Shown here one piece after another: positions 1 to 12,529 of a DNA stretch of 64,000 nt. The position numbers and the translations under genes are program-made. Under the pieces are notes generated by a model. The model was given only the letters and a program-made list of their open reading frames with translations. It ran no database searches and had not been told where the DNA came from. How positions within the stretch are numbered: position 1 is the first letter of the stretch; every line of letters starts with the position of its first letter. Where the stretch lies: contig NC_087245.1 in assembly GCF_037042905.1 (NCBI RefSeq), forward strand, positions 806,001 to 870,000, written 5' to 3'. Origin of the DNA: Lytechinus pictus (taxonomy: Eukaryota).

Positions 1-106
1 GGATGAGTTTCTTGCTGAAGGAAATTACGCAATGGCTGGGATTCGAACCCACGACCCTCTGTTTCAAAATCAGAAGACTAATCCACTGCATGGGCCACAA
101 CGCTCC
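1..106 (-). mobile_element. tRNA-derived SINE, 5' part (continues off window)
   Basis: Reverse complement reads GGAGCGTTGTGGCCCA..GTGGATTAGTCT..GGGTTCGAATCCCAGCCATTGCGTAATTTCCTTCAGCAAGAAACT (A and B boxes); same family as the copy at 53238-53502. Confidence 0.8.
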
Positions 107-1101
107 ACAATATTCACGATGCAGATTGGGAAACATATTTACAACAGGCATAAATATAGCATTAGTGATGAACATTGATTACTATCATGATTGTCTTATT
201 TAAATTATATGATTAAAACAATATTGCCTCTTTCTTACATCGTACCAGTCAGACAAATCGAACCCCGTTTCAATATCTCGTGTTATCATTCAAAAACAGC
301 TTTAGTAATAACAAAACATAATAATACCATAAATTTTGATGGCGAAATTTTCATTCATATTAATGCTCAATGCTGTTTGAAAGAAAGGTGAAATTAATCA
401 TAATATAATATTTGAAATTCGAACACTCCGGACAATGATTCCTAACATTATCTGCATGACCCTACTTTATATACACACGTCTGTTACCGATAGATTTTCT
501 TCCGAACTGCCCCATATTATTTTGTAACTCACCACTTCTTTGTCAAATTAATTGGATTACGTGATACCGTTAGGAAAGATTGGTTTAAATATGCTAAATC
601 AAAATACCCTCATTCGAAATAAGATATGAGGAAGGAAGTTTTGTTTTTTGCAACATTATAAAAAATGTGTAGGGTAGATCCCTAAGAGGGCTTTTAGATG
701 TTTGTTTTTTTGCAATGGATAGTGCTATCACCAGTGGCGATAAATTCATACAATTTGAGACAGATTGCAACAGGCGATCTTAAGACGTCACCACGACCAT
801 ATAGTAATCAACGATCAATCACCAGTCGGAGTATTCAATTCAAATTCAATTCAATTTAGAAGTGTGATCTATCGCCACTGGTGATTGATAACATGAATGT
901 CTTAGTAGGATCCATGATAATCGCGAGCTAAATCATTCCCATCCCCATTCCAGTCCACAGTCATCTAGATCGACATCCACTGTGAAATCATGGAAAGTGT
1001 GATAATTACTATGAAACGATTAACCAATCAGAAAAGCTTTCTTTGGTAACCTCCACCTCGACACCACCAAAGCTGATTGGACGGGCGTTGGGAGTTACTC
1101 C

Positions 1102-1265
1102 TTATGCGGGTCCAGTAGTAGTCCTTGCACATAGGAATTCCACACCATCTTCAACTGTCTCTATCTGGATAGTAGAGTGAACAACACCGAAGTGAGTCTC
1201 AAGAATATGTCTAGCTTCGCGGAGTACCTTAGGACCATCGACCGGACGACCGTCGTAAAAACGAG
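1102..1265 (-). CDS. SLC30A2/ZnT2-like zinc transporter, coding exon 7 (last)
   Basis: tatccag acceptor; ARFYDGRPVDGPKVLREARHILETHFGVVHSTIQIETVE...GPA*; HxTIQIE is the CDF C-terminal motif; stop TAA at 1104-1102. Confidence 0.9.
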
Positions 1266-1924
1266 CTGGATAAATTACATTGAAAAAGTAGAACCCCGTT
1301 AAAGCGAAATGAAATACGAGTATATTCGGGAAATTTTACAAGACAATTCTTTTAAAGAATCACAAAGAGACTAAGCGACGAATGGGAAAGTGATATATAA
1401 TGGGAAAGAAACAATAAGGGGAATGAAAAGAGAAATCCATAGGAGAGGGGAACAAAAAACAAGCAGTGAGGAAAAAAGGAAGTCAAATATTCTGAAAGAA
1501 AGGATTCATTCATTAATCAGGTACGAGTTACCAGTGTCGAAAAAAAAAACCTAACAATTTTCACATGTGTACTGCCAGGACCCTTGCAACGATCTTTTGG
1601 CTGGGGGAGCTGAAGCTGATTTGACAAGCCCCCCCCCCCCCAAAAAAAAAAAAAAAAAAAAAAATGTTTTTCATATTTTCCCATTTGCTACACCTACCAG
1701 AATTCCTGGGGGCTGCCTATGGAGAATAATACACGCAGCACCCCCTGAGAAAATCTTGAGGGTGCTTATCAGGGCCATGGTACTGTCTCGAGTTCCGTAA
1801 AACGGTTTTTTGAAAGTGAGGGAAGGGTGAGTCGAAATTGAAGTGTGCTGGTCATTCAAAAAATCACATTAAGATGATCATATGGTCAATGAATGTCGAT
1901 TCAAATAAATAATGATATCCTCAC

Positions 1925-2059
1925 CTAAAACAAGATGTACGCAAACGAGATGTACATCTGAAGTCATAGACCATATCCTGAGAGAATGGACATCCTCAAC
2001 ACCGTCTATCTCAACTAATCTTCTCTTAGCATCATCGTAATCAACACTCCTCGGTTTAC
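1925..2059 (-). CDS. ZnT-like transporter, coding exon 6
   Basis: ag/gt boundaries in phase; GKPRSVDYDDAKRRLVEIDGVEDVHSLRIWSMTSDVHLVCVHLVL matches the CDF cytosolic domain (V.D/H.L.IWS). Confidence 0.9.
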
Positions 2060-3044
2060 CTGATAAAAATTAATATCAAAATCGTTTGAAAATTATATTT
2101 CTTCTCAAACTTATATACGTTGTAATCTTGATTTGTGATGATTTGTACGTTATAAAGAATAATTGTTTGTTGCCACTTCGTTCGATGTTCCTTGAACTGT
2201 TCTTTTGTTGTGTTGTTGTCATTGATTAGACACGTAATCTGCTTCCGACTAGATCTTTCATGGGTGTCGATCGGTGTTCATGGTAGGGGGGGGGGCGTCT
2301 GACACAAATTTTGTTCTCTATGAGGGTTTTTTGGGTAGTTTTTTTTTTTTTGGGGGGGGGCAGTGGCAAAACAACTCTAATTTCTTAAGAAGGCCAGATC
2401 CCATACATGGCGTATAAAGGGCAAAATTTATAACAGCTGCGATCGAGCAAAGCGATTGAGCAAAACTTTTGATCTTTTGACCCAAAAATCTTATTTTACG
2501 ATAGATTTTGACATGATATTACTTTACCAGTTCCTTTTCCATTTAGTCATCTCTTTTTGCTACATGCACATGTCTTTATCAAGTCGTATTTGCTTTAAAA
2601 GATTCACCCTTTCCATTTAAAATAGTGTCTCATAATTTATTTTAATTTATCTTCACTAGTCTACCAAGTTATATACATGTATGTATTTATGTCGCCTTGA
2701 ATGGTTTTAACCAACGTGATTTTATTTCTTCATCTTTATCTGTGAATGCAGTTATCATGGGAATATTTTATTTTCTTCAATTTTACCCTTCTACACGGTT
2801 CTTTTGTAAAATATCAATTTTTATACATATTTTGCAATTGAATATTGACAAAACTTTTGTCACAAAACAATTCACATCAATTTAAAAAAGAATAGCAGGT
2901 CTTTAAAGTGTCAAGAATTATTTTAGCAAAATATAGTTTTAAGCACTAAGTCCAGAATAGTGCTCGGAATTAAAAACTAACCATCTTATCGTGATTTTTT
3001 TTTCTAAGGTTTGTCTTACAAACAGATCTAATTTGCACGCTCAC

Positions 3045-3150
3045 CCGCCATGAGTATATAGACGCTATCTCTGAACAATCCAGAGAGGGTTATCAATACA
3101 ATGGCACCGAAGACGATGGTTAGAATAGGGTCCAAGATTTTAAATCCAGG
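3045..3150 (-). CDS. ZnT-like transporter, coding exon 5 (TM6)
   Basis: cctttag acceptor, gtgagc donor; PGFKILDPILTIVFGAIVLITLSGLFRDSVYILMAG (DP motif of TM6). Confidence 0.9.
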
Positions 3151-3627
3151 CTAAAGGTAGGAGGAAACAAAGATGAAAAGAACTTGTTGATCCTAAATTA
3201 CAAACATTAATCAGAAATTATTATCTCTCAGAAAACTGGGTGTGATTTGGATCACTTTACCTTCATACAGCAGAAAAACCAGAACCATAAGATCTTAATG
3301 ATACAACCATTAAGATAGAAAACATTAATTTCTTGTAAATTACATAGGGCCTAATGGTTATTACATTATACTTCAATATACTGTAATTGTTAAATAATCA
3401 AATACATCTAGATAAATAAACGTCGTAGCGTCGACATCTTAGAGACTGAAACACTGCCTATCATCCGTGTTCGTGTATTCATATATCATGTATATCCTCT
3501 GAGGGAGGGCGCTATAAAATCATGATGTCACATGCAAAAGGTCAATTGGCCCTCAGCTTTGACCTTCATGCTGGTCAATCATGTATCCCACTGATGAAGG
3601 TGAGTGCAATCAATCTACAATACTTGC

Positions 3628-3871
3628 CTGATAATAGATGATTAAGGCACCAATAAGAAGCCCAAAACCGAAGAGACAGTCTCCAAATATATGAAGACAT
3701 GCGGCGCGCACATTCATATGTCTTTTGATTTCATCATCAGCGACTCCATCGCCACTACCACCGAATAGTGAGCCATGGCTGTGACCGTGGCCGACAGCCA
3801 GTAAACCCTCTTCTGCACTTCCACATTGACTGGTACAGCAACAGAATCCAAACTGGAGCTGAATGATTTGT
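3628..3871 (-). CDS. ZnT-like transporter, coding exon 4 (His loop and TM5)
   Basis: tctcag acceptor; QIIQLQFGFCCCTSQCGSAEEGLLAVGHGHSHG...HMNVRAACLHIFGDCLFGFGLLIGALIIYYQ with NVRAAxxHxxGD motif; donor is CAG|gcaagt (GC). Confidence 0.85.
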
Positions 3872-4189
3872 CTGAGATAGTATATGGGAACGGAACCAAA
3901 TAATCAAGCATATCACTGAAGGTAGTAGGGGCGGGGGTGGTGTAAAAAGAAAGAAAAAATGGGTAGGGGCAATAGGAAATTCCCTTCGGTCCCCCGTGAT
4001 CCACCCATGTTGAAAGATATACAATTATCATTTCTATCTCCAAAATATCTAGGAACCCCACTTCGATAGAATTTATTACGCTCATAATAGTGATTCAATG
4101 GCCCGTATTCTGAACTCAGGTTTAAATCAAACCCTGGTTTACAATTTGTGGTCTAAGTATGGAGAGCCAATTGGGCCCAAGTCCCTAAC

Positions 4190-4248
<59 letters not shown>

Positions 4249-4266
4249 TATTTATATATATATATG

Positions 4267-4310
<44 letters not shown>

Positions 4311-4313
<3 letters not shown>

Positions 4314-4511
4314 TTTATTGGTTGGATTGCTTAACTAAGCTAGTCGTACAGACTGTTTCACCCTAAGGCTCATCATCGCTGATGAGCCTTAGGGTGAAAC
4401 AGTCTGTACGACTAGCTTAATTAAGCAATCCAACCAATAAATTATTTATACTCAGCTCCTACACAGTCGAGCACTATTAGATATTGCAGTATATCACTAT
4501 ATACTTACCTA

Positions 4512-4513
<2 letters not shown>
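4311..4513 (+). mobile_element. Penelope-like element fragment (pseudo-LTR) with inverted duplication
   Basis: ~65-bp inverted repeat (4311-4375 vs 4380-4444, one mismatch) inserted in (TA)n and containing a hammerhead core. Confidence 0.7.
4376..4411 (+). ncRNA. Minimal type I hammerhead ribozyme
   Basis: tcg-CTGATGA-gccttagggt-GAAAC-agtct-GTA-cga: full catalytic core, short stems I and II, near-palindromic stem III, GUA cleavage triplet at 4406-4408. Confidence 0.75.
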
Positions 4514-4596
<83 letters not shown>

Positions 4597-4597
<1 letters not shown>

Positions 4598-5041
4598 CGC
4601 CTACCATTGTTCCCTTCATCCATTTCTTTCACACAATATTTAAATAAAAGAGTTGCCAAAGCTGTAGTACATGTATAACTTCACACATTTGTATACTTTC
4701 TCCCATACGTGTACTGTATCAAATCAATAGCTTTGATCCAGCTGAGGCATGGCGGCTTGTCATTGTTCAAAACCCACCTTCACCCGACAAAGGAAATTAT
4801 AATTGGTATGGTGTCGAAAATCTGTCTATCTGACGGTCAATTGGATCGGGGTCGCTCTAGCCACTAACCCGTCTCTGTGGTCTAGTGGTTAAGGCACCGG
4901 CGTTCAAAGCTGGGGGCCCGGGTTCGATTCCCGGCAGAGACATTTTTTCGGCATCACCAATTTTTCCAAAAAGGGTAGATAGCTCTGGGGAACCTTGATT
5001 TAAGCTACGCCTACCATTGTTCTCTTCATCCATTTCTTTCA

Positions 5042-5044
<3 letters not shown>
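4597..5044 (+). mobile_element. (TA)n-inserted element with 38-bp terminal direct repeats carrying a tRNA-like gene
   Basis: acgcctaccattgttc(c/t)cttcatccatttctttcacac at 4597-4634 and 5007-5044, flanked by TA repeats on both sides. Confidence 0.75.
4871..4942 (+). tRNA. tRNA-like gene with UCA anticodon (opal-suppressor-like; tRNA-Glu-like body)
   Basis: Acceptor GTCTCTG/CAGAGAC, D stem GTCT/AGGC, anticodon stem CCGGC/GCTGG with loop GTTCAAA, T arm CCGGG-TTCGATT-CCCGG, then TTTTTT at 4943-4948. Confidence 0.7.
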
Positions 5045-5097
<53 letters not shown>

Positions 5098-5942
5098 TTG
5101 TGAACACTCAGATTTGCTTGAATTTTATCCTCATGAGAGATTTCCGTTCACCCTGATGATTATCAAGATAAAGTAAATGCAAAAGATTGTATTACTGGGT
5201 ATAAAAATATCTTGTAGCAGATTTGTGTCTTATAATATTTTATATTGTGCTATGACAATGTGATTTTTGACATGCAGTTACTAGTTGAGCTTAACAGGTT
5301 GATTTGGAAGGGGGGAAATTGTATTAATCATTTTGGCTGACATAGTAAAGAAATTAAAAATTAGTACATGTTATCTTATTGAGCTTTCTTTTGTGGAGAG
5401 GAAATGATTAATAATAGTCAATCATTTGGAGAAACTTAGTATTCATTTTGGACTGAAAGTAGAGGGAGAGGGGGGATATCATATTGCTGCAGTATTAAAT
5501 GTTCATTCATTCAACCATATATCACGAGACTCAATGGTAACTCGAGTATAGGGATTATAGTTGGCTTTCGAGCCTCTGACTAAGCAACTTAAACTCATCA
5601 ATTAACAGTGTGTTAAGTGAATTAACCTTTCTGTGTAACAAGTTTAATCTAGTCTGTTGTCTACACAGGGGGTCGTTTCTATGGTAACCCCAAGTCTCTG
5701 TTGTGCTTCGTGCCACTGAGCATGCGCCGTTTGAATAATTAATCAAGTGTTTCAGTTGATGGGTTTTTTTAGAATGGAGTTAAGTTTAATTGCATGTAAA
5801 GCACTTTATCAATATTGCTTCCATAATATTCACGTGCTACACGGAAAATATGTCGATGACATAGCGCCATTGAAGATGATGAAATAACCATCCTCCCCCC
5901 CTTTTTTTTTTAATCTTTCGTTTGAGTTCATTCGTTACTCAC

Positions 5943-6096
5943 ATGATATTCCCGAAGAAGTTGATGATTCCGATGATGAGCATGACCTCACCATCGATCT
6001 CGAACTCCTGATGGACAATCCTCATGATTGCAAAATAAGAGAGGACCACTGCCAAACAAACTGATATGATGATCGAAAAAAGTGCTCCAACAACCT
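5943..6096 (-). CDS. ZnT-like transporter, coding exon 3 (TM3-4)
   Basis: ag/gtgagt boundaries; EVVGALFSIIISVCLAVVLSYFAIMRIVHQEFEIDGEVMLIIGIINFFGNII. Confidence 0.9.
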
Positions 6097-6607
6097 CTAC
6101 AAAATAATGATTATTTAATAAACAAATACGATTATCATGTACATAAATATCAATATTTATTTTATTTATTATGATTGTCTTATTTGATTTATAGATTATT
6201 ATATCATTCGGTATTTCAACAAAAGCAATTTATTCGAGAATAAACAGAAAGCAACGAACAAAGGATATTTTCAGTACACACGTTACGACTCTAGGTTGTC
6301 TGGGAAAGGAATAAGTAGAATGAATTGATACTGTCACCAATTTCGGTTCCACTCTGGTTGTTTGAAAAATATCATATAAAGCATGATATGTATTAATAAC
6401 TATCAATGAACAGTAATAATGATAATTGTGATAATGAAAATATAATAACTATGGCTGGCATACAAATATTGTAAGCTTTTGTAAGAAATTGATAACATAA
6501 TCATGATTATGATTAATGTCATGATAAAATATCAAGACGGGCGCGGTAGCGTTCTCGCGCATGCGTAAAAGGAATAATATTCTTTTGAGTCGATTTTCGG
6601 TACTTAC

Positions 6608-6754
6608 CGGCACGCAGTAACCCGAATGTAAACCTCTTGGATGGGGGTTTCTGTGCAAGCCAGATAGAAGTTAGACTAATGATGTAAGTGACTATATCGG
6701 TGATAAGATGACCTGCATCAGCCAAGATAGCTAAACTTCCCGATAAAATACTTC
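6608..6754 (-). CDS. ZnT-like transporter, coding exon 2 (TM2)
   Basis: ctccag acceptor, gtaagt donor; GSILSGSLAILADAGHLITDIVTYIISLTSIWLAQKPPSKRFTFGLLRA = CDF signature with HxxxD. Confidence 0.95.
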
Positions 6755-6839
6755 CTGGAGGGAGAGAGAGAAAAAAAGTTGATATGTCATACCGTTACAT
6801 TAATATTGATATTAAAAAAAAATATTGGCTTCAACTTCG

Positions 6840-7212
6840 TCAACATCACAGCTATCATCACCACCAACACCGTCGCCATATTCACCAGTTTCATTATCAT
6901 TCTTATCATCCTATCACCATCATCATTATCATCATCATCATCGTCAATCATGTCATCATAATCATCATCACCATCATCATCATCACCACCACCACCATTA
7001 TCATCACCATCACCATCATCATCAATCATGTCATCATAATCATCACCACCATCATCACCATCATCATCATCACCACCACCACCATTATCATCACCATCAC
7101 CATCATCATTATATCATCATCGTCATCATCATCATCATCACCACCACCATCAACACCACCACCGCCATCATCATCATCACCATCACCACCACCACCATCA
7201 TCATCAGCATCA
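6840..7212. repeat. (CAT/CAC)n trinucleotide low-complexity tract in ZnT intron
   Basis: Degenerate catcatcac repeats with an internal duplication; explains the poly-His/poly-Ile ORFs. Confidence 0.9.
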
Positions 7213-7249
7213 CTTCGTAGGGGATGGGGGCTGTATCAACATTGCTTAC

Positions 7250-7436
7250 CTACGATTTCAGCTATGACAACAAGGATACATAGCAATAGCGCGAATATGA
7301 GTCTTGTTTTAGCTCCTTTTAGTAGAACCTGTCTCTGGTGATTGATAGGGTTTTCATTCATTCCTTCGTTCGTTTCATCCTTCATGGCGCCATAAGTAGG
7401 TGTGTTTCTTTGCCTTCCTTTCTCCAAATTCTTCAT
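7250..7436 (-). CDS. ZnT-like transporter, coding exon 1
   Basis: ATG at 7436; MKNLEKGRQRNTPTYGA...AKTRLIFALLLCILVVIAEIVG; gtaag donor. An acceptor (cttgtatccttag, 7447-7448) just upstream implies a further 5' UTR exon. Confidence 0.85.
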
Positions 7437-8959
7437 GATGATACCCCTAAGGATACAAGAAAATAGTCTTGTACCGAATGCGTGGGTAGCGTCGGGTTGC
7501 GTCGAGGTGACTGGACCCCACTCTACGTTCAAAGCCTCCCACCCCCTTCGGTTTTGCCGAAAGAGTACGTTGGGTCTTTTTCCCCATGCAATATTAAAGA
7601 TGATAAAATTATGTCTAAAATATTATAAAATTTATATAACCTTCAACCAGCCATAATAGGCTGTCGTCCGGATCAATTACCACTTGGTGTATAGTCAGGT
7701 GATAGACAATTGGTCTATAAAGGAACCGAAAGTTAAAACCCCAATTATTACAAATATTGAACCTCGACCTTGGCGTGGATAAACACATAACTCTAATAAG
7801 TGATTGTTATCATCTTTATGTATGAAGATTCACTATATTTGAATCTGCTCATTAAAAGTTGAGATTCTTAATATTTTGGGGCACTAAAACAATATCTTTC
7901 CTGTCTCACTTAAAAAGTTATTATAAAACATAATATAAAAGTTAACTTTCTTTGAGAACTATGTTTGGTTATAAAAAAGGGTACAAGAAAGAATTTCGGG
8001 AACAACAGAAAGCCATAAAGTTTTAAAGTCAAGTAACTAACATAGATGGAATATCTTGATGATTGATGTGGGCCATGTGGCAACCTTGTAAAGTTGCCTC
8101 TGCGCCCATTATCGGTAGAGTTATATCGGCCATGCATCTTTGTGTCCTCTCGTGTTTGTTTTACAAATTTTCAAACATTAGTTAATGATACAGAGTTAAA
8201 CGTGTCAGAATGGTAATTAATTATTACGATATCTAGGTTGGTCACGGATAAAATTATAGACACAACTGGCTGACTTGCATCTAGGTATGTTTACTCTAGA
8301 TCAAACAATAATTACAAATTTGATACTCAATAATATTTGTAAAATGCATTACCTTTCAACGGCATCTGCAGGCAAATATTCACCCATTATTTGTTCTTTG
8401 TTGTACAGCTAAACTATATCAACTGAAGTCGAATTAATGACGCATTCATGAAAAGTGAAACAAGAGCCAGAGATAAACTGCTAAAATTGCAAATGAGATT
8501 TGAAACTAGATCTCTGTGTATTAATGAGAAATCACGATTTACCAAATGATTCTTGATCTCATCATTTTAAAGGCACCTACTGTCCTTTTCATGTTTAGCT
8601 GCACTTAGATGCACGAAGCAATATAATTATGTATAAAGTTTGTTATTCGGGATGAAAAAATAAAGACATTCTCCTTTCAAAGCATCACAAAGCGATTACA
8701 GACAAATTAGATACAAGTCAATACTTTCATCAACGCTTTCCGTAACAATTATCATGGTTTTTAAGCACGTTTTCAAGCTAAAACATAATAATATTAATGA
8801 TGTCAATCTCCATATCATTGGAACGAGAACTTAGAAAAATTTACAATATTTTTTTTACAGATAAAAGTAAAAACTCCCTGTGGTTGCACAGTATAAAATG
8901 AATTAACGATTTATTAATGATATTGTAACTATTTAATTACTTTCTTTTATTTCATTTTA

Positions 8960-9870
8960 TTATTTGATAGCATTTATTCCATTCATCATAAAAACAAAAA
9001 CAAGGCACAAACAAAGTTTACATAAATTACATGGGAAAATTGCAGATAATACAATGATAAAATCTGGGAAACAGTTGAATAAAAAAGAGTGTACATAATT
9101 TATAAATGAATGAGGAGGCAACTAGAAAGGGAAAGCCTTATTAGCGCTGCCACCTTTACAAAATCTGGAAACCGAATATATATATGATATTGTAAAATAC
9201 ATGATGTAATAAATACTGAAACCAGATATAAACATTGAACATAAAAGGGGGAAATGCAAATTATAACACAATGACAATATATATAAATATATATATCAAC
9301 GATAATTACTAAAAAAGAAGGGGAAAAAAACCTGATCATACATTATTTGAATATTTACTGAGAAGTTGGGTTTTATATCTCCTTTTAAAAACATTTAATG
9401 ATGGACTAGATTTAACAGAAAATGGTAACTTGTTCCAGATAACGGGTCATTTGTAAAAAATACAATTCTTTGCTAAAGAGGTGCGTATTTTGGGTATGTG
9501 GAAGTCTGAAGATCCTCGCGTATGATAAGAATGAACATCGGCATTGTAACAAAATATTTCTGAGATATTGTTTGGAATATAGATTTTGTAACATATATAC
9601 ATAAAAATTGCAATTTCATAATCAGAGAAATCATAAACATTCAACAAATTTAACTGACTAAACAGCGGCTTGGTATGGGCAAGAAAATTGGCATGTGTAA
9701 TGATTCCCTTCTCACTGCTCTATTTTGTAGCCGGTATAAATGTTGCATTAAATATGAATTACAGGAACTCCAGGCAATGTTACAATATCGAAAATACGGT
9801 GAAATAATGGAATTATAAATAATTTTGAGAATCTTTTTGGGGATAAACATGAAGAATATACTCAAGTATT
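8960..9870 (-). mobile_element. L2/Crack-type LINE 3' fragment, decayed
   Basis: Frameshifted RT C-terminal remnants ILKIIYNSIISPYFRYCNIAWSSC..LYRLQNRAVR and HSYHTRGSSDFHIPKIRT; boundaries approximate. Confidence 0.75.
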
Positions 9871-12529
9871 TACCTCGTTGAGTATTCTATATTCTTGAAT
9901 TTGTGTTCGAGAGAATAATTGAATCAACACTTATCATAAAAATTAAGGTTGGTTATGATAATTGTATTTTTATTTTTGTTGAGTTAAATACTATTTTTAC
10001 GATTTAATTCAATATTGTTCTCGTGCGAAAGGCTATGTACACATCAAATAACATGACTAGACCATATCTATGAAATTATATTTAAAGTAATGAACGGTCA
10101 TCCTAACCATGTTGAAACTATGGACATGGTGGACAAGGTACGTGATTCCAAGCACAAAATGTAGGAGTGATCAATTTATGTGTCACTTTCATTGTTGAGA
10201 TGATTATTATTGTGAGGGCTGATATGTCAACTTATAGCTGTCTACTATAAGAGATTATTAAATATTTTAATTAAAATTTTACCAGAATAGGAAAGGCAAA
10301 CTCCTTAGCTCTTCATCGATGCCATACGTGTACCCCTAACATACACCCATCGAGATTGATAATTCAAATTATAGCGCAAACGGGGGAGGAACCAAAACTA
10401 AAAATAGACTTCACAAAATTGTCACCGCCACACATCTTTTTTTTAGCATTACACAATCCACTTTCGACGTTCACGCATGACGTTTGAAGACTATGCGTCA
10501 TAGGGTGACATTTCTGCTCTGCAAGTTTGTTTTAATACTGCCATGAATAATTAATATCTCATCCCTTAATTGCGTGCATATACTTTGCCTGATGAGAAGA
10601 GTATATTGGTACGATGGCATCTTTTCAACTGCAATCAGCTCAAAATATGTAACGCTTCAATTGACGACTATTGTCTAGAAGTCAATAATTGTTGTTGATA
10701 TAAATATATGTCGACGAGTACTGACGATGTAGATACAGAACATTTATCTTTTAACCAGGGGGCCACTGCCAGAATCCGCGAGAAAAAAAAAACCGCGGAA
10801 GGGGGGTGTTTTAAGCGGGTGGTCGCGGAACGCATGGAACGCGAATAGAGTATCAAACACTTTAAAAAATAGGGGGAAACCTTCATTACGTTCATGAAAT
10901 GGAGTAGGCCTATGTAATTTGCAAATCTGGGACATCTTCAAAAATCTCCTTGTTTAGAGTGTGCTAATCTGATACATCATCTGCACAAAAATCCGCGTTT
11001 AGAATGTACGGCGCCTGCCCTTGAATACTCGTTTAGGGTGTTGTTTTTTCTGGCGGATGCTGTTTTTTCTGGCGGATTCTCGCGGATGCTGTCCACACTC
11101 CAATGACAGTGCTCCCCCCGGGTCCCCCCCCCCCCCCTTCGCCTGGTCTTCTATTGTAATCAATGCCCAACTCTCTGTCATAGTTATGTTTTATTGTTTT
11201 TTATTCATATTATGTACATTTTTTTTACTGTAGAACGCAATTATCATGATTATGATAATAATGTAAGGGGCGGATCTAGCTTTTCTTCAAAGGAGGGGGT
11301 TTGACCGATAAATATTTTACAAGCAAAAAAAGTAGACTATTAAATGAAGGTAATTTGGTGTTGGTTGAACTTGGTTCCAATGTGTGGGCAATTACTTTTA
11401 TTTACTTGGCAGCCCAGGGGGCGTTAACCCCCCCCCCCCCCCACGTAGATTTGCCACTGTATGTAGTCTATTGAATGTAACTCGTCTAGTGAAAATAATT
11501 TCGTAAAAAATGTTGTTTAGGTGATAAAAAAAATCTGAAAAGAATGCATCCAAATACACATTCAACTTTATTCTCCCAGTTATCAACAAAATATAAAAGT
11601 TCGATTTTGCCTCTTTGGTGATAGTTTTGGGCCACTATTGACAAAAGCACAAAACCAAACTTAACATGAAGCTACAGTACTATGATGAATCTCATATTTA
11701 TATTACTGTATACTAATTTTGTTGGATCTATGGAAGCCGTTCCCTTTTTACTTTTCAACATCATGCAAAACCATCACCGAACTGAACCAGGATAAAATAC
11801 CCATAAGGTTTCCCCCTGTGCTGGGTGAATTCCTATACAATTTTCTAAAGTGCACCAAAGCCTGTGATGCTATGTGTAATTCGCTTTTATTAATTCAATA
11901 TTTTATCCATTATCCTTCTCTCTCTCTCTCTCTCCATTATGAAATACCTCACAGTATATTGACCTCAATATACCAATGCATTTTCTAAATCAATAAAATG
12001 CGAAATATGGCCCTTTAAATCATTCACCATATCACCTTGATACTGGAGTATTGTTATATGTATTAAAACAAACATTCCACCCCCCCCCCCCCCCCCGAGT
12101 GTACCTTCCACCGTTCTCTTCATGCTATTAGCTAATTAGTATTTGACTAATAAGGCCGCATTATGACTGTCTATTATGGAAGGAAACAAAAGCATCACTG
12201 TATATGAATTGCATATCGTTTTATAGTTGTAGGATTAACAATTCTCTATCCAGCAACAATGTAATAATGACACTTTATTGTTGATGAGATTTGGAGGAAT
12301 GGAAACACTCCTTTCCTCGGAGTCATATTTTCTTTATTTGTGGCTTTGGTTATATTTTCTTTTTTATTATTATTAAATGATTTTTTCCTTTTCCAACATT
12401 AACTCAAATTTTATTGAATACCTGGCCGATTTATACACTTTCATTCTGTTCCGACTTCTCCTTATTCACTTCAAACCTCTGAGAATGAATTGGAATGGTT
12501 AAATGTGATGAATGATAACAAGACAATGA

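Larger units (their letters stand above)
4189..5096. repeat. (TA)n microsatellite split into three tracts by two insertions
   Basis: TA runs at about 4189-4309, 4514-4597 and 5045-5096. Confidence 0.95.

Noticed and set aside
4098..4678. (IY)n ORFs
   Set aside because: Artefacts of (TA)n repeats.
4871..4942. Selenocysteine tRNA
   Set aside because: Lacks the long variable arm and the extended acceptor and D stems of tRNA-Sec.
6779..7341. Poly-His/poly-Ile/Ser-Pro ORFs next to a zinc transporter
   Set aside because: They are translations of a CAT/CAC microsatellite in an intron, mostly antisense to the gene; exons 1 and 2 splice in phase around it.
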